Source of the DNA: Balanoglossus misakiensis
Taxonomy: Eukaryota; Animalia; Hemichordata
NCBI GenBank assembly: GCA_040954595.2
Contig: CM082577.2
Coordinates: 17,501,500 to 17,565,499, forward strand
Direction of reading: 5' to 3'
DNA: 64,000 nucleotides
Made by a program: the position numbers and the translations under genes. The notes under the pieces were generated by a model. It saw only the letters and a list, made by a program, of their open reading frames with translations. It did not search any database and was not told where the DNA came from. Shown here piece after piece: positions 12,768-24,619 of the stretch; position 1 is the stretch's first letter; each line of letters opens with the position of its first letter.

Positions 12768-15700
12768 ATGTGTCTCTTGGTTGGAACTACTGGTGTTGGC
12801 AAGACGTTACTGTTAAAGAGACTTCAACATATCCTTTATTTTAACCGGGCAGCGCAGGCTGTAACGTCCACACCGTTCCCAAGGTGACGGGCCCGCGTCC
12901 CATATACAGGTGAACATGTATGGCATGGCTAAGTGTAGAAAATTATTGGTCATCATCATGTATGAAAAATAACACGATTAACACATCGGTTATCCGTGAG
13001 TATGGCTCTCATGTACAGTGCAGTGGACATCAGATCACGTGTAAACCGGGTAGACATTTTGGTGACACTGACAGTGGGAGTACAGCCCCTGTAGATCTAG
13101 CTAGAGCCTAGTGGAGGGACTGTGATCAAACCATACTCGTGTAAACATAAATAAATGATAAATGCTGCCGTTTAGGAAAATTATGCATTATTAAATTCAG
13201 TCAGTTTTTCCACGTGCAAACAGTATTGTGAACTTCTAGTTCATGTATTCAAATCACAACACTCTCATCACTGACAGGAGATGCATGTAGTCTGGTGTTG
13301 GGAATGGGGCAGGGGACCAGACTACATGATATGCATATGGTGCCTGAGGTATAGTGAATCTTCCAAGTGGTTCTATATTTGCACCTCTTTCCTTGACTGC
13401 CTGGTTATCACATTGTTCAAATAAAGGGTCTTTTTCGGAAGTGAATGAAGCACCAGCAACAATACCAACAGTAAGTAATACAGGACGTATATGATTGCTC
13501 CTGAGTAGATGACAATTTCTTTCTTTTTGCTCAACTCAGTGTCCAAGGCATATAGGCCACTCTCATGACCAGTTTATGTAACCCTTACATTCTGGCATTT
13601 TTTTGGTATGGCAGTATCAATTTGAGGTTAAACTCAGGAACAGTCAACCGTGCATACTACTATCTCTTTTTCAGGTTGGGACGAATCTTGTAAATGTGAA
13701 CATTGGTAAAAAGAATGAGGTGACAATACGTGAGCTAGGGGGTTGCATGGGTCCAATTTGGCATAATTACTACAAAGAGTGTTCTGTGCTTATGGTAGGT
13801 TTTTACAGTGTTTCACATTCATTTAAATATGCCTTCAGTTAAAAAGCTCATGACCTCAAAACTAATTCCATGGTCTGAGATACATAGTCCATGGGCCAGA
13901 GACCGAAACCCTCCCCCCCCCCTGAGGATTTTTGCAGACATATATTTTTGGAAAGCCTATTTATCCAGCTGTCAGAATCAGGTTGTTTGCACTCATATTA
14001 ATGGTGGGTGTGGCCGTGAGGAGCGGTTGTCATGGTAACGATAGCATAATTTTAGGGGTACTCATACAGTTAAAAAATGATATATTTCAGGATCTGAGAA
14101 AGCTAGAGAAAAAATTTAAACATTGGGTCTTATAAAGTAGGGGACGGGCTATCCAATGATTACATGACCGACAAGGTCAGAGGTCAAGTTCATCTTCAAA
14201 ACGCGGGGTCAAAGTAAAAATTTCGCTATTTTTTGCACATCGATCATACATAGTTTCGATTTACTGGAAAACGGTTTGCTCGAGGAGGCTGTAAATTGGT
14301 CATCAGGTAGCATGGAACATTAGGTTTATGAAAAATAAGCTGATTCACGTCTTTGATATTAAGTTATATTAAAATTCTGTTACCATAACGACGGATAGCA
14401 GATTTTGCGAAAATCACAAAAATAAGAATCCTGCTATATCTTTGCTACCAATTAAGCTTTAGATAAAATTTAAACACTCAAACTTATAATGTCGGGTGCG
14501 ATCTTTTCATTGCTAACTTGAACTTTGGGGTTCAAGGTCAAGGTCATCCTCAAATTTCAGGTCAAAGTGACAAAATGGACATTATGGATTTTTGTTCAAA
14601 ATGACATTTTACGGCGAGCGTTTACTAAACACTGTTTGGGTCTAGAATGCTATAATTTGATCTCCAGATAGAGATGTGTATTGTTTACAAAGATTTTAAT
14701 TTGTTTTGCTGTTTACATATACTTAATATGCAAAACCTGCTGTTTTAATGACAACAAAATGAATGGTAGGAATAGCAAGAGTACTCATACAGTTAAAATG
14801 AGATATTTCAGGTTCTGAGAAAGCTAGAGAAAAAATTTAAACATTCAGTATTATAAAGTAGGGTACGGGCTATCCAATTATTACACGACCGACAAGGTCA
14901 GAGGTCAAGTTCATCTTCAAAACTTTGGGTCAAAGTGAAAATTTCGCTATTTTTTGCATATCGGTCATACATAGTTTTGATTTACTGGAAAACGGTTTGC
15001 TCGAGGAGGCTGTAAATTGGTCATCAGGTAGCAAGGAATATTAGCTTTAAGAAAAATAGGCCTATTTTCGTCTTTGGTTGTAATTTATATTAAAATTCTG
15101 TAACCATAACGACGGATAGAAGATTTTGCGAAATTCCCCAAAATAAGAAACTTGCTATATCTTTGCTACCAATTAAGCTTTAGATAAAATTTAAACACTC
15201 AAACTTATATTGTCGGATGCGAGCTTTTGATTGCTAAATTGAACTTTGGGGTTCAAGGTCAAGGTCATCCTCAAATTTCGGGTCAAAGTGACAAAATGGG
15301 CATTATGGACTTTGTTCAAAATGACATTTTACGGCGAGCGTTTACTACACTGTTGGGATCTAGAATGCTAAAATTTTGTATATTTTGATATTAATATTCA
15401 AATAAGATGCCACTTTGATTTCTGGATATTATTATATAAAAAAACGCGACCGTGGGAGTGCGAGTCATGCTGATTTATGCGTTATCCCATGATGCCACTG
15501 TAGCAATAGTCCAGACAAACCGATCGAATATCTGTGTTTTAGGCACAGAGATTTTTTGGAAATTGTGCGTAAAGCACTTAAGACACATTATATACTCAAA
15601 AGCAATGTTTTTAAATCACAATCATTCATAATCATACAAAATGAATGCTACGTTTTTTAAAAAAAACGTTTGCTCATGTGGAAATGTGTTCCGGTTGTTT

Positions 15701-18700
15701 GTCATTGCATGGCCTCCATCTTGCTGATGAAACGTCCAGCGCTAGGTTGTGCAACTTTTTATCATGGTCATGATGGTGTAAAGGTAGGGAACACAGTCAA
15801 TGCCTGAGATGGATTGTGATCTTTTGACTTCCCAGCCTGCTAATGAACTTTTGGAAATAGTTCACACTTTTGTGGAACACATCATTGAACATCATTTCCC
15901 GCTTATGGCTGAGTTTAGACAAGAGAGGAGTAACTTTTAACTTTTGGTATGACTTTGTGTAGAGTATTGCTGCCATTACAACTCTACCCACCGGTGGAAA
16001 TGTAAGTGCATTAAGAAATGGTGATTGAGATATTTGCCAAACTGCTAAGAATCAGCTATTATTTCCTCTGTTGTTTTGTGCCAATCGAAACGGACTATGC
16101 AAGATACATGTCAGTACTTATTCTGGTGATGCATGGAATACCCAAAAGTGTACAAGAGTCATTAAATGAGGAGGATTCATGGCAAACTTATCTGACGATT
16201 CACTAAAGGGTGCTGGTGGTGTTATAGGATTAAAGATGAGAGGTTTAGCACTTGAAAAGTGGTTTTGGGTGGACCGATTACTGCAAAGTTCTCTGATACA
16301 TTTCACAAATAAATATGCAGTAATGAGTATTGGTAAACAAAATAAGATCCAATATGGAAAAGCAGTCATTAAGAGATGGAATACTGATGTGGCAAAGCTT
16401 TAAGAATTATAAGGTGGAGCATTTGTCGACCCATTTGATCTTTCCGACCCTCATTTAAGCAATTATCAACATTACTATATCAAAAGATATGGCTAGGGTT
16501 TTTTTCTGAGCAAATAATTATACAAGAAGAACCTGACAAACCGTGTAAGCGCTTCTATCATAGTATGACTTGCGGCAATGTAAAAACATGACAAAAATGA
16601 AGAAGACGGTTTATCTTTGATTACCTGCTGTTAATACAAGTTAGAAGATGCCACTCATTGGAGTCATTGAAAATTCCAACGTTCCTCTCTGTTTGTTTTC
16701 AGATGATGGACTTAAAATTCATTTCCGGGAGACAGATAGACTAGCATTGAGGCTGCCGATGCCATAGTTTATGATGACCATTCAGTCTCTGTCTGGTCCT
16801 AATCTTGTGGACAGAATCACTTTTATCGATATAGCAATATGATTTATGGAATACATAATGTAGAATAGAGGCCGAATTTTAGGTCCTGTTGATAATTCGC
16901 AAATACACATGATCATTGATAATTATGATGCCAAACGGATCAAAGGATCAAAGGCCAAACACGTGATGTGAGGGTTGCACCAGCACATCATATCATACTT
17001 GATCTAATTGCTCCGACAAAATGGACGGCATTCTTGCTTACCACTAGTCTGAAAACAAAGCAAATTTTGCAAAATGCTACACATTATGAAAAAAGTAGAT
17101 CTCAACATTGGTCAAAAATGAATTGTAAGTGGAGGACCAAACTTCACCACTTTTGTTATCGCAAAAGATACAGTGAAGAAGCAGATACGCGGATTGTTCT
17201 TAGTTCTACACGCAATTGCAGCGTCTGATAGAGGGGCAAGATGACTCCTTACGTCAACTTGTCATATCAACAGAAATCATCTTGATAAGAATGTGCTAAA
17301 TATGATAAAACTTTGTACATATTTAAACTGAAATACCATAGAATGGCCACAATATAAGTTGAATATAGTATTTTTACAGTAAAAGCATGCTGATAATGTA
17401 TGTCCCTTTATAGCAATTGCAAATGCACGTTCGCATATTTCAAGAAATATACCAATTTTACTAAATCTTGAAATCATCAGCTCGCCATGGGAATTGAAAA
17501 TGTCATCAAGCATTTTCAAACTCTCAGAACTTAACTTTAAAATGGTGTATGACACAAAATGTTGTATGGCCAAGTCAGAGGGTTCGTTTTTTCTGGGGAG
17601 ATCTGCAACACTAATTAGAGTTGGGATATTGAATTTTGACCCCATCTTTTGAAGGTGACCCTGAACTTAAAATTTAAAATATCAAAATATACAAAATTAT
17701 AGCATTCTAGATCCCAACAGTGTAGTAAACGCTCGCCGTAAAATGTCACTTTGACCCGAAATTTGAGGATGACCTTGACCTTGAACCCCAAAGTTCAATT
17801 TAGCAATCAAAAGCTCGCATCCGACAATATAAGTTTGAGTGTTTAAATTTTATCTAAAGCTTAATTGGTAGCAAAGATATAGCAAGTTTCTTATTTTGGG
17901 GAATTTCGCAAAATCTTCTATCCGTCGTTATGGTTACAGAATTTTAATATAAATTACAACCAAAGACGAAAATAGGCCTATTTTTCTTAAAGCTAATATT
18001 CCTTGCTACCTGATGACCAATTTACAGCCTCCTCGAGCAAACCGTTTTCCAGTAAATCAAAACTATGTATGACCGATATGCAAAAAATAGCGAAATTTTC
18101 ACTTTGACCCCAAGTTTTGAAGATGAACTTGACCTCTGACCTTGTCGGTCGTGTAATAATTGGATAGCCCGTACCCTACTTTATAATACTGAATGTTTAA
18201 ATTTTTTCTCTAGCTTTCTCAGAACCTGAAATATCTCATTTTAACTGTATGAGTACTCTTGCTATTCCTACCATTCATTTTGTTGTCATTAAAACAGCAG
18301 GTTTTGCATATTAAGTATATGTAAACAGCAAAACAAATTAAAATCTTTGTAAACAATACACATCTCTATCTGGAGATCAAATTATAGCATTCTAGACCCA
18401 AACAGTGTTTAGTAAACGCTCGCCGTAAAATGTCATTTTGAACAAAAATCCATAATGTCCATTTTGTCACTTTGACCTGAAATTTGAGGATGACCTTGAC
18501 CTTGAACCCCAAAGTTCAAGTTAGCAATGAAAAGATCGCACCCGACATTATAAGTTTGAGTGTTTAAATTTTATCTAAAGCTTAATTGGTAGCAAAGATA
18601 TAGCAGGATTCTTATTTTTGTGATTTTCGCAAAATCTGCTATCCGTCGTTATGGTAACAGAATTTTAATATAACTTAATATCAAAGACGTGAATCAGCTT

Positions 18701-20976
18701 ATTTTTCATAAACCTAATGTTCCATGCTACCTGATGACCAATTTACAGCCTCCTCGAGCAAACCGTTTTCCAGTAAATCGAAACTATGTATGATCGATGT
18801 GCAAAAAATAGCGAAATTTTTACTTTGACCCCGCGTTTTGAAGATGAACTTGACCTCTGACCTTGTCGGTCATGTAATCATTGGATAGCCCGTCCCCTAC
18901 TTTATAAGACCCAATGTTTAAATTTTTTCTCTAGCTTTTTCAGATCCTGAAATATATCATTTTTTAACTGTATGAGTACCCCTAAAATTATGCTATCGTT
19001 ACCATGACAACCGCTCCTCACGGCCACACCCACCATTAATATGAGTGCAAACAACCTGATTCTGACAGCTGGATAAATAGGCTTTCCAAAAATATATGTC
19101 TGCAAAAATCCTCAGGGGGGGGGGGAGGGTTTCGGTCTCTGGCCCATGGACTAACAGTTTCCAGGGTAAAAACCATACTCGTATCTTTCTATGCAATGAT
19201 ATAGGCTAGCTTTGTCACTGGGATGTAAACCACAAACATTTTCTTGTTTAGTACACATACAAAATGTTATCACATAGAGCTTGTGTTATCAAGCATGGAC
19301 ATCTGATTGTATTCTACATAATCGTTAGATTGCTGTACAATACACACACATTTTGTAGATAACATGGTTGAATACAAATAACCAACCCATTTATCTGAGA
19401 GAACTCATGGCAGAGATGCCAATTAAATCACTTGCTTGTGCATGATTTAGTTTCACTCTGCAAAGAGTGAGTCTGGTACTATGAGTAGAGAAAGATTGCT
19501 ATTGGAGTTTGGGATGCCAGGGTATATATAATGTCTTTCAACCATATTACACTATGGGCTGACACAAAAACAAATAATCAGCCATTTCAACTAATTGAAA
19601 TGATCTGTTCCTACAATCCCACTCCAATACATGAATTGATGTTTTTTTCTTCACAGTTTATGATTGACATGGCCAATCCCTGTCAAGTAGCATCATCTTG
19701 TATTCAACTGTTAACCGTCTTATCACATGAACAACTTCAAAATGTCTCAGTTCTTCTGCTTCTCAACAAAGTGTAAGTATGCTACCAAGTATTGGTCAGT
19801 TTCAAACAGGCAGGCAGTATTTTGTAATCATATCAGAACCATAATTGTGCCATTACGCTGAAATAAAGACATGCTGAATTGTTGATGGCCTGACAAGATT
19901 GTACTTGACTTGCACGTATGATATATGTGCAATTGTGTCAGACAGTTTAAAGGGCAGTGACGGTCTTATGTGCATGTGTGGCCTGCCTTCTCTTCCTTCC
20001 ATATTGAAAATTCATGCACACCGTATAAGTAGACTTTTAGTTTTGTCCCTTCTTTTCGCCCAATTTGCTGTCTTTTCCTGATCTCTGACGCAGACTATGG
20101 TCACCCCCATCTTGTCTGTTGCTGGGAGAGCACAGGCTGCCTTATGGCATTGACTCTAAGCAATTTTTCTAACCAGTCTCCCTTTTGGCACATGCACATA
20201 AGACGATAGTCACCCTTTTATTCTCTCATGTTAATATCACATGAAAGTATTATGTTCTTGCATATCTGCAAGTTTGGTAAGTGCAGTGGTTTTGCAACCT
20301 TTCGTGGTCTGTACTGAAATTATCCTGCAATGCAAATATCAGAATTCTGGCATCCTTGTGTGTAGAACAAATGGCACGAAAATGGCCATTTCATCCTCGT
20401 GAGTACTTCTCACTAATTTCAGAGAAACATACATGTACCTGCTCAAATGTTGGTTATTTCTATCACTACCATGATCTTTTCCCTCTTGCTGGATTAAATG
20501 AAACCATAAGTTATTAACTCTTAACTTAAATCTACAAAATTACGGTATTCTCTAATACAGTGATAAACAATTGATTAATGTATTTGAGATGACTATTGAA
20601 TGCATATAGTAGGCCATCTTGCCCTGTTCTGCTATGGGTATGCCAATTATACAAAAGAGGCATGATTGACTGACTTGAATAGAGAATAGCACCATAGTGT
20701 TTGTTTCAGCAAGTTGTCCCACCTTTGGAACATGGTTAGAATATGGGAGGAATGTGACAAGCTTACTGTCCAATACATCTTTCATTTCTGATTGCCAACA
20801 GTGATTCTCCATGTGCCATGAACCAGATTGAACTGGATTCACTACTTCGTATGAGAGAAATCATGTTGCATGCCAGGCAGACAATAACAGTGCTAGAAAT
20901 CAGCGCAAGGGAAGGACAGGGTCTACCAGAACTAGTCAAGTGGTTGCATGAAAATCATCATCCAGACTCTGCTTAG
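12768..20976 (+). CDS. ARL16: ADP-ribosylation factor-like protein 16 (small GTPase), 5 exons, ~176 aa
   Basis: Exons 12768-12828, 13412-13470, 13675-13794, 19657-19772, 20802-20976 (531 nt). Protein MCLLVGTTGVGKTLLLKRLQ...PTVGTNL...TIRELGGCMGPIW...LLNKVD...EISAREGQGL, with the ARL16-type G3 RELGGC. Intron 1 is AT-AC. Confidence 0.95.
12829..13411 (+). other. U12-type (minor spliceosome) AT-AC intron 1 of ARL16
   Basis: 5' end ATATCCTTT at 12829; branch-site consensus TTTCCTTGAC at 13388-13398; 3' end ...TATCAC at 13411. Splicing here joins 61+59 nt in frame to give KRLQHCSNK...PTVGTN. Confidence 0.93.
14058..15392 (+). repeat. Tandem ~723-bp unit (1 full + 1 partial copy) inside the left TIR, mirrored in the right TIR
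   Basis: GTACTCATACAGTTAAAA... starts at 14058 and again at 14781. The two units are clearly more diverged from each other than the two arms are. Confidence 0.9.
16030..17230 (+). pseudogene. Decayed Academ-like transposase fragments
   Basis: Colinear motifs DYARY, GGVIGL..ALEKW, VDPFDL, VPLCLFSDDG, KWTAFL and EEADTRIVL are scattered across frames with stops. Confidence 0.65.
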
Positions 20977-21910
20977 ACTTCAATAGACATTCTTCTTACT
21001 TTAAAGCCTCATATTTTTCATATTTCATATTTTATTTTGTACACAACATGCACTATCAGAGAGTGCCCTAAGGTACAGTTACGGTCAAATAAAAACAAAA
21101 TGAAATTTCCAACTAGGATTAATTTAAAATGTCACATGGTCATATGGTATTAAAGCAGTATTTCAAGATGGTAATTTCTACAAGTTTTATAAAATCGAAG
21201 CTAAATTATTGACATTTGTGATTTTACTAAAATGTCATGCTAGAAAGTATAAAGTGGGAAATCTTAGTTGATTTCTGTTTGCTAACTGCAAAGACATAAT
21301 ATTTAACAATAAACATAAGATGAATAGATCCAGACAATAGTTTACTGTTCCAAATGACAGTGATCACGGTCATATGTGGAGTGACCATGCAGTGATTGAT
21401 GAAGTTAGTACCTGGGGTGCAAATTTAGTATATTGTTTTAAACCTTTAGAAAGAAGAAAAATGTCAGCTTGTTGCTGCATATACTGGTACAAAATTTAAA
21501 ACATTTTTTTCAGATGTAAATAAAGATGTTCAAATTATATGTAATTGATTTTTCATTTGTACTGCTGGCTACTCAGTTGTTCTGATATGTCTTCTTTGTT
21601 ATGTGAAGTCTGAATCAACCTTATACTCTTGCATTGTATTGTCATATATATGTTTCAATGTAGCAGGTAAATGGGCTTCTTTCACACATTAAAGATGTTG
21701 CGACCGACAGCATAAACTTCAAAGAAGTCAGTTGTGTGTATATGTACCCCATATGTTTTGTCAATAGAATCTTTTTGCAGTGATCATGATCAAAATCAAT
21801 GTGCAATATAAACAAGATTTGGAAAGAAGTTTATTGTTGCTGGAGACAAATCTGTTGTAGTCAAATTCTGCATTAGTCTGTGTTAAATATGGTGCAGAAG
21901 TGGTCATAAA

Positions 21911-22003
21911 TTAACCCTTTCACCAACATGGTTCAGTCCCAACCCATTGTTTTCTATGGTAATGTTAGACCTCTAAAGATGGAACTGGGGGTGAAAGGGT
22001 TAA
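21911..22003. mobile_element. ~90-bp piggyBac-type mini-MITE family (TTAACCCTTTCACC...GGTGAAAGGGTTAA)
   Basis: Related copies at ~7690-7781, 35903-35995, 38210-38303, 50699-50760, 54512-54604 and a partial copy near 48034. Confidence 0.75.
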
Positions 22004-24013
22004 ACTTTGTAAAGTAAAAATGGAATGCAGTTTACAAACTTAGATTGGTGTTATCGCAGTCCCTTTAGAACCATGGTGTTACCAGGCCATGGATACAATC
22101 TGTAATCACTCCATAAACTGAGAAAAGACAATAAAGTATTTACTCTTTTCTATTGTACCTGTGTGAATATGTATTTCCACCAAAGTACATGTAGATGGCT
22201 TGATTTTGGGGAAAGCGCCCTCTATCGGCCATATCTCTAATCTTTTGTCAGTTTTTGGAGATCTTTGTAAAACAGCTGTATTTTGGGAGGGTTGTCATAT
22301 TTTTTTACCATTATAGAATCTAAAGTTAATGAATATTTCATTTTTAGCAGTTTTCAGATTTATCTTTTTAATAGCTTGATTATCGCTAATCCTTTCCACT
22401 AATACAGAAATTGCCTATTATAAAAAATCCACTTTGATATAATTTTTTACCACTTTCAGACTTATACTCTTTTTTTAAAACTTGATAATTTGTTTGAAAT
22501 ATATCAGAATTTCGTGGGATATAAATAGTCCAAATTCTGCTCAAAGCAACTGAAACTGTATGGGTCTCATCTTTGCCATCTGATGGAAGGGTAACACTAA
22601 ACAGTACATTTTCAGACTATTCTGTGTGAAGATTGTCTGAGGAAACTCTTCTCATGTTGTCTCTCAAGTTGTTGCACAAAGGTTGTGACTTCCAAGGTTC
22701 TACGCATTTATACAATCTTACCTCCGTGCCATCAGGTTATGGTTATGGTATATTCAACGGTTCATTTGCACCACAGCCTCACTCCTATATATAGCCTGAA
22801 TTTACCCTAACCATAACTTGTCAACAAACAAATGTACCAAATTTGTAAACAAACAAGCCAACAATTTTTTTTCTGTTTATTATATTAATCAAAATAACAA
22901 CACACAAATACACACACTACAACAAGCTAAGGAGGAATAATGGAAGCTGCATTTGTATACAGACTGTATATATTTGGAACTACAATCATTACTCTCCTGT
23001 TCTCAGATGTCTTTATGTTTGAATTTTGAAAATGGGATGGGCTAACACAACACTAGATATCACAGCTCTAGTTCTTATAATAGGTAATGTATCACTATTT
23101 TAAATTTACAGGGAAAGTGTTAGGGGAGGAATCAACTTTCTGAAGTGACCTGCTCCAATTCTGACCTATTTACTTTTTTCAATGAATTTTTATAGAAACT
23201 CATTCACCCTGTTTAATATCCTAACAAACTGAGTACACTACAGTACAGTATTCACTTTATTGCAAAAAAATGGTACACTCACTGTATTCTTGTATTTGCC
23301 ATTTGCAGGTTATCAGCTAGGAAACAAATATGTGTTTTACTGAAGTTTAAATTACAGTGAGTCATCAATATCATTTTTATCTACAGCTCACTTCTACAAA
23401 AAAGACAACAATTTGATGTTAATAAAAAATGTTCGGAACATTAATTAAGATGATCAATTTCTGAAGACAACATAGTTGATGCTCTCTACGGGATACAAAT
23501 GAAATAGCAAACTCAGTCAATATCTGTTGATGAGTTTTATTAAGACATTCAAAATGATGTGGTACAATTGAAATATTTACAGTCACTTACTCATAAGCAA
23601 AATTAAAAACAAAAGTAAGTTCTGATTATTCACAGTTAAATAGCTGGGTGCAGACCAGACATTCCATGCTGCAAATGTCACAGATCTTTTTCTGGTCATT
23701 CCGAGAGTATTGCACGTTATTATGGTATTATATTAATATATCAATATCATCCAAGATCCACATTATTCCTTTGAATGCTGCTCGTATCAGTGCATTTGTA
23801 TATTCTGACTAAAATGAGTGTAAACTGATATGTTTGTACATTCTTTGAAAGTAATAATGAGAACAAATTTGAATGATGTACTGGTAAATAATATTGTTAA
23901 TAAATATGGGGAAAGATGTCATCAAATAAGTATCAATAATTGATTGATTGACATAATCGGGTTCAAGTGACCATTTTGACATATTGCCCCCACAGTCAAG
24001 CAGCTGCACTTAA

Positions 24014-24453
24014 ACCCCGGTGCGGGGTATAAAAGACTCCCCAAATCAGTGGCGAATCTTAATGCCGTTTGACTGACAACAGACAACAGCAACGATCTTG
24101 GCTCTATGAAAATCGGCCCAAACAGGTCCAAGCATAAAGAATTACACCACACAATGACAGTAGTTGGCTTTATAAACACACACAACATAAAGTTATCGAC
24201 GAAAAAGTACACGAGCTTATGAAACAACGATGATTTGGGGAGAAATCTGGTTTCAGTGCTTTTCAGAAGCGTCCCTGGGAAACAATAACCACGCCATTCA
24301 AACAGTTGTCAATCGCGTGGAAGTGTAAAGTGTTCAATTATTTTCTGTGTACATGAGAACAATTACACAGTCATTATGAACGACGACCACTCCCAAATAA
24401 ACAACTATACAAACACACGTTAATTCGAACCACGGTACTTTCCGCACCGGGGT
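24014..24453. mobile_element. TTAA-flanked MITE just downstream of the PLPP6 stop codon
   Basis: Perfect 12-bp TIR ACCCCGGTGCGG / CCGCACCGGGGT, with TTAA at 24010-24013 and 24454-24457. Confidence 0.75.
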
Positions 24454-24619
24454 TTAAGGAAAAACAAAATTATTGAACATTTTAAGAAGTGGCTGACAAG
24501 GCAAAATGTCAGCAAATTACAACAAAGAAAATAATGACTCAGCAGAAACTGCGACTTATCAAGGCACCACTGTACCTGATTGCACAGAAAAAAACAGCAC
24601 ATGAAGCTAACTTCATTGA

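Larger units (their letters stand above)
13885..19153 (+). mobile_element. Academ-like DNA transposon (non-autonomous, foldback type) in ARL16 intron 3
   Basis: TIRs 13885-15392 and 17678-19153 are near identical with termini TAG...CTA. 3-bp TSD ACA at 13882-13884 and 19154-19156. The 2.3-kb interior holds frameshifted + strand remnants (ETDYARYMSV, GAGGVIGL...ALEKWF, NVPLCLFSDDG, EEADTRIVL) resembling the Academ transposase/XPG-like protein. Confidence 0.8.

Noticed and set aside
13932-14135. Twin 67-aa ORFs (also 18902-19105)
   Set aside because: By-products of the inverted arms, with non-ATG starts and no recognisable domain.
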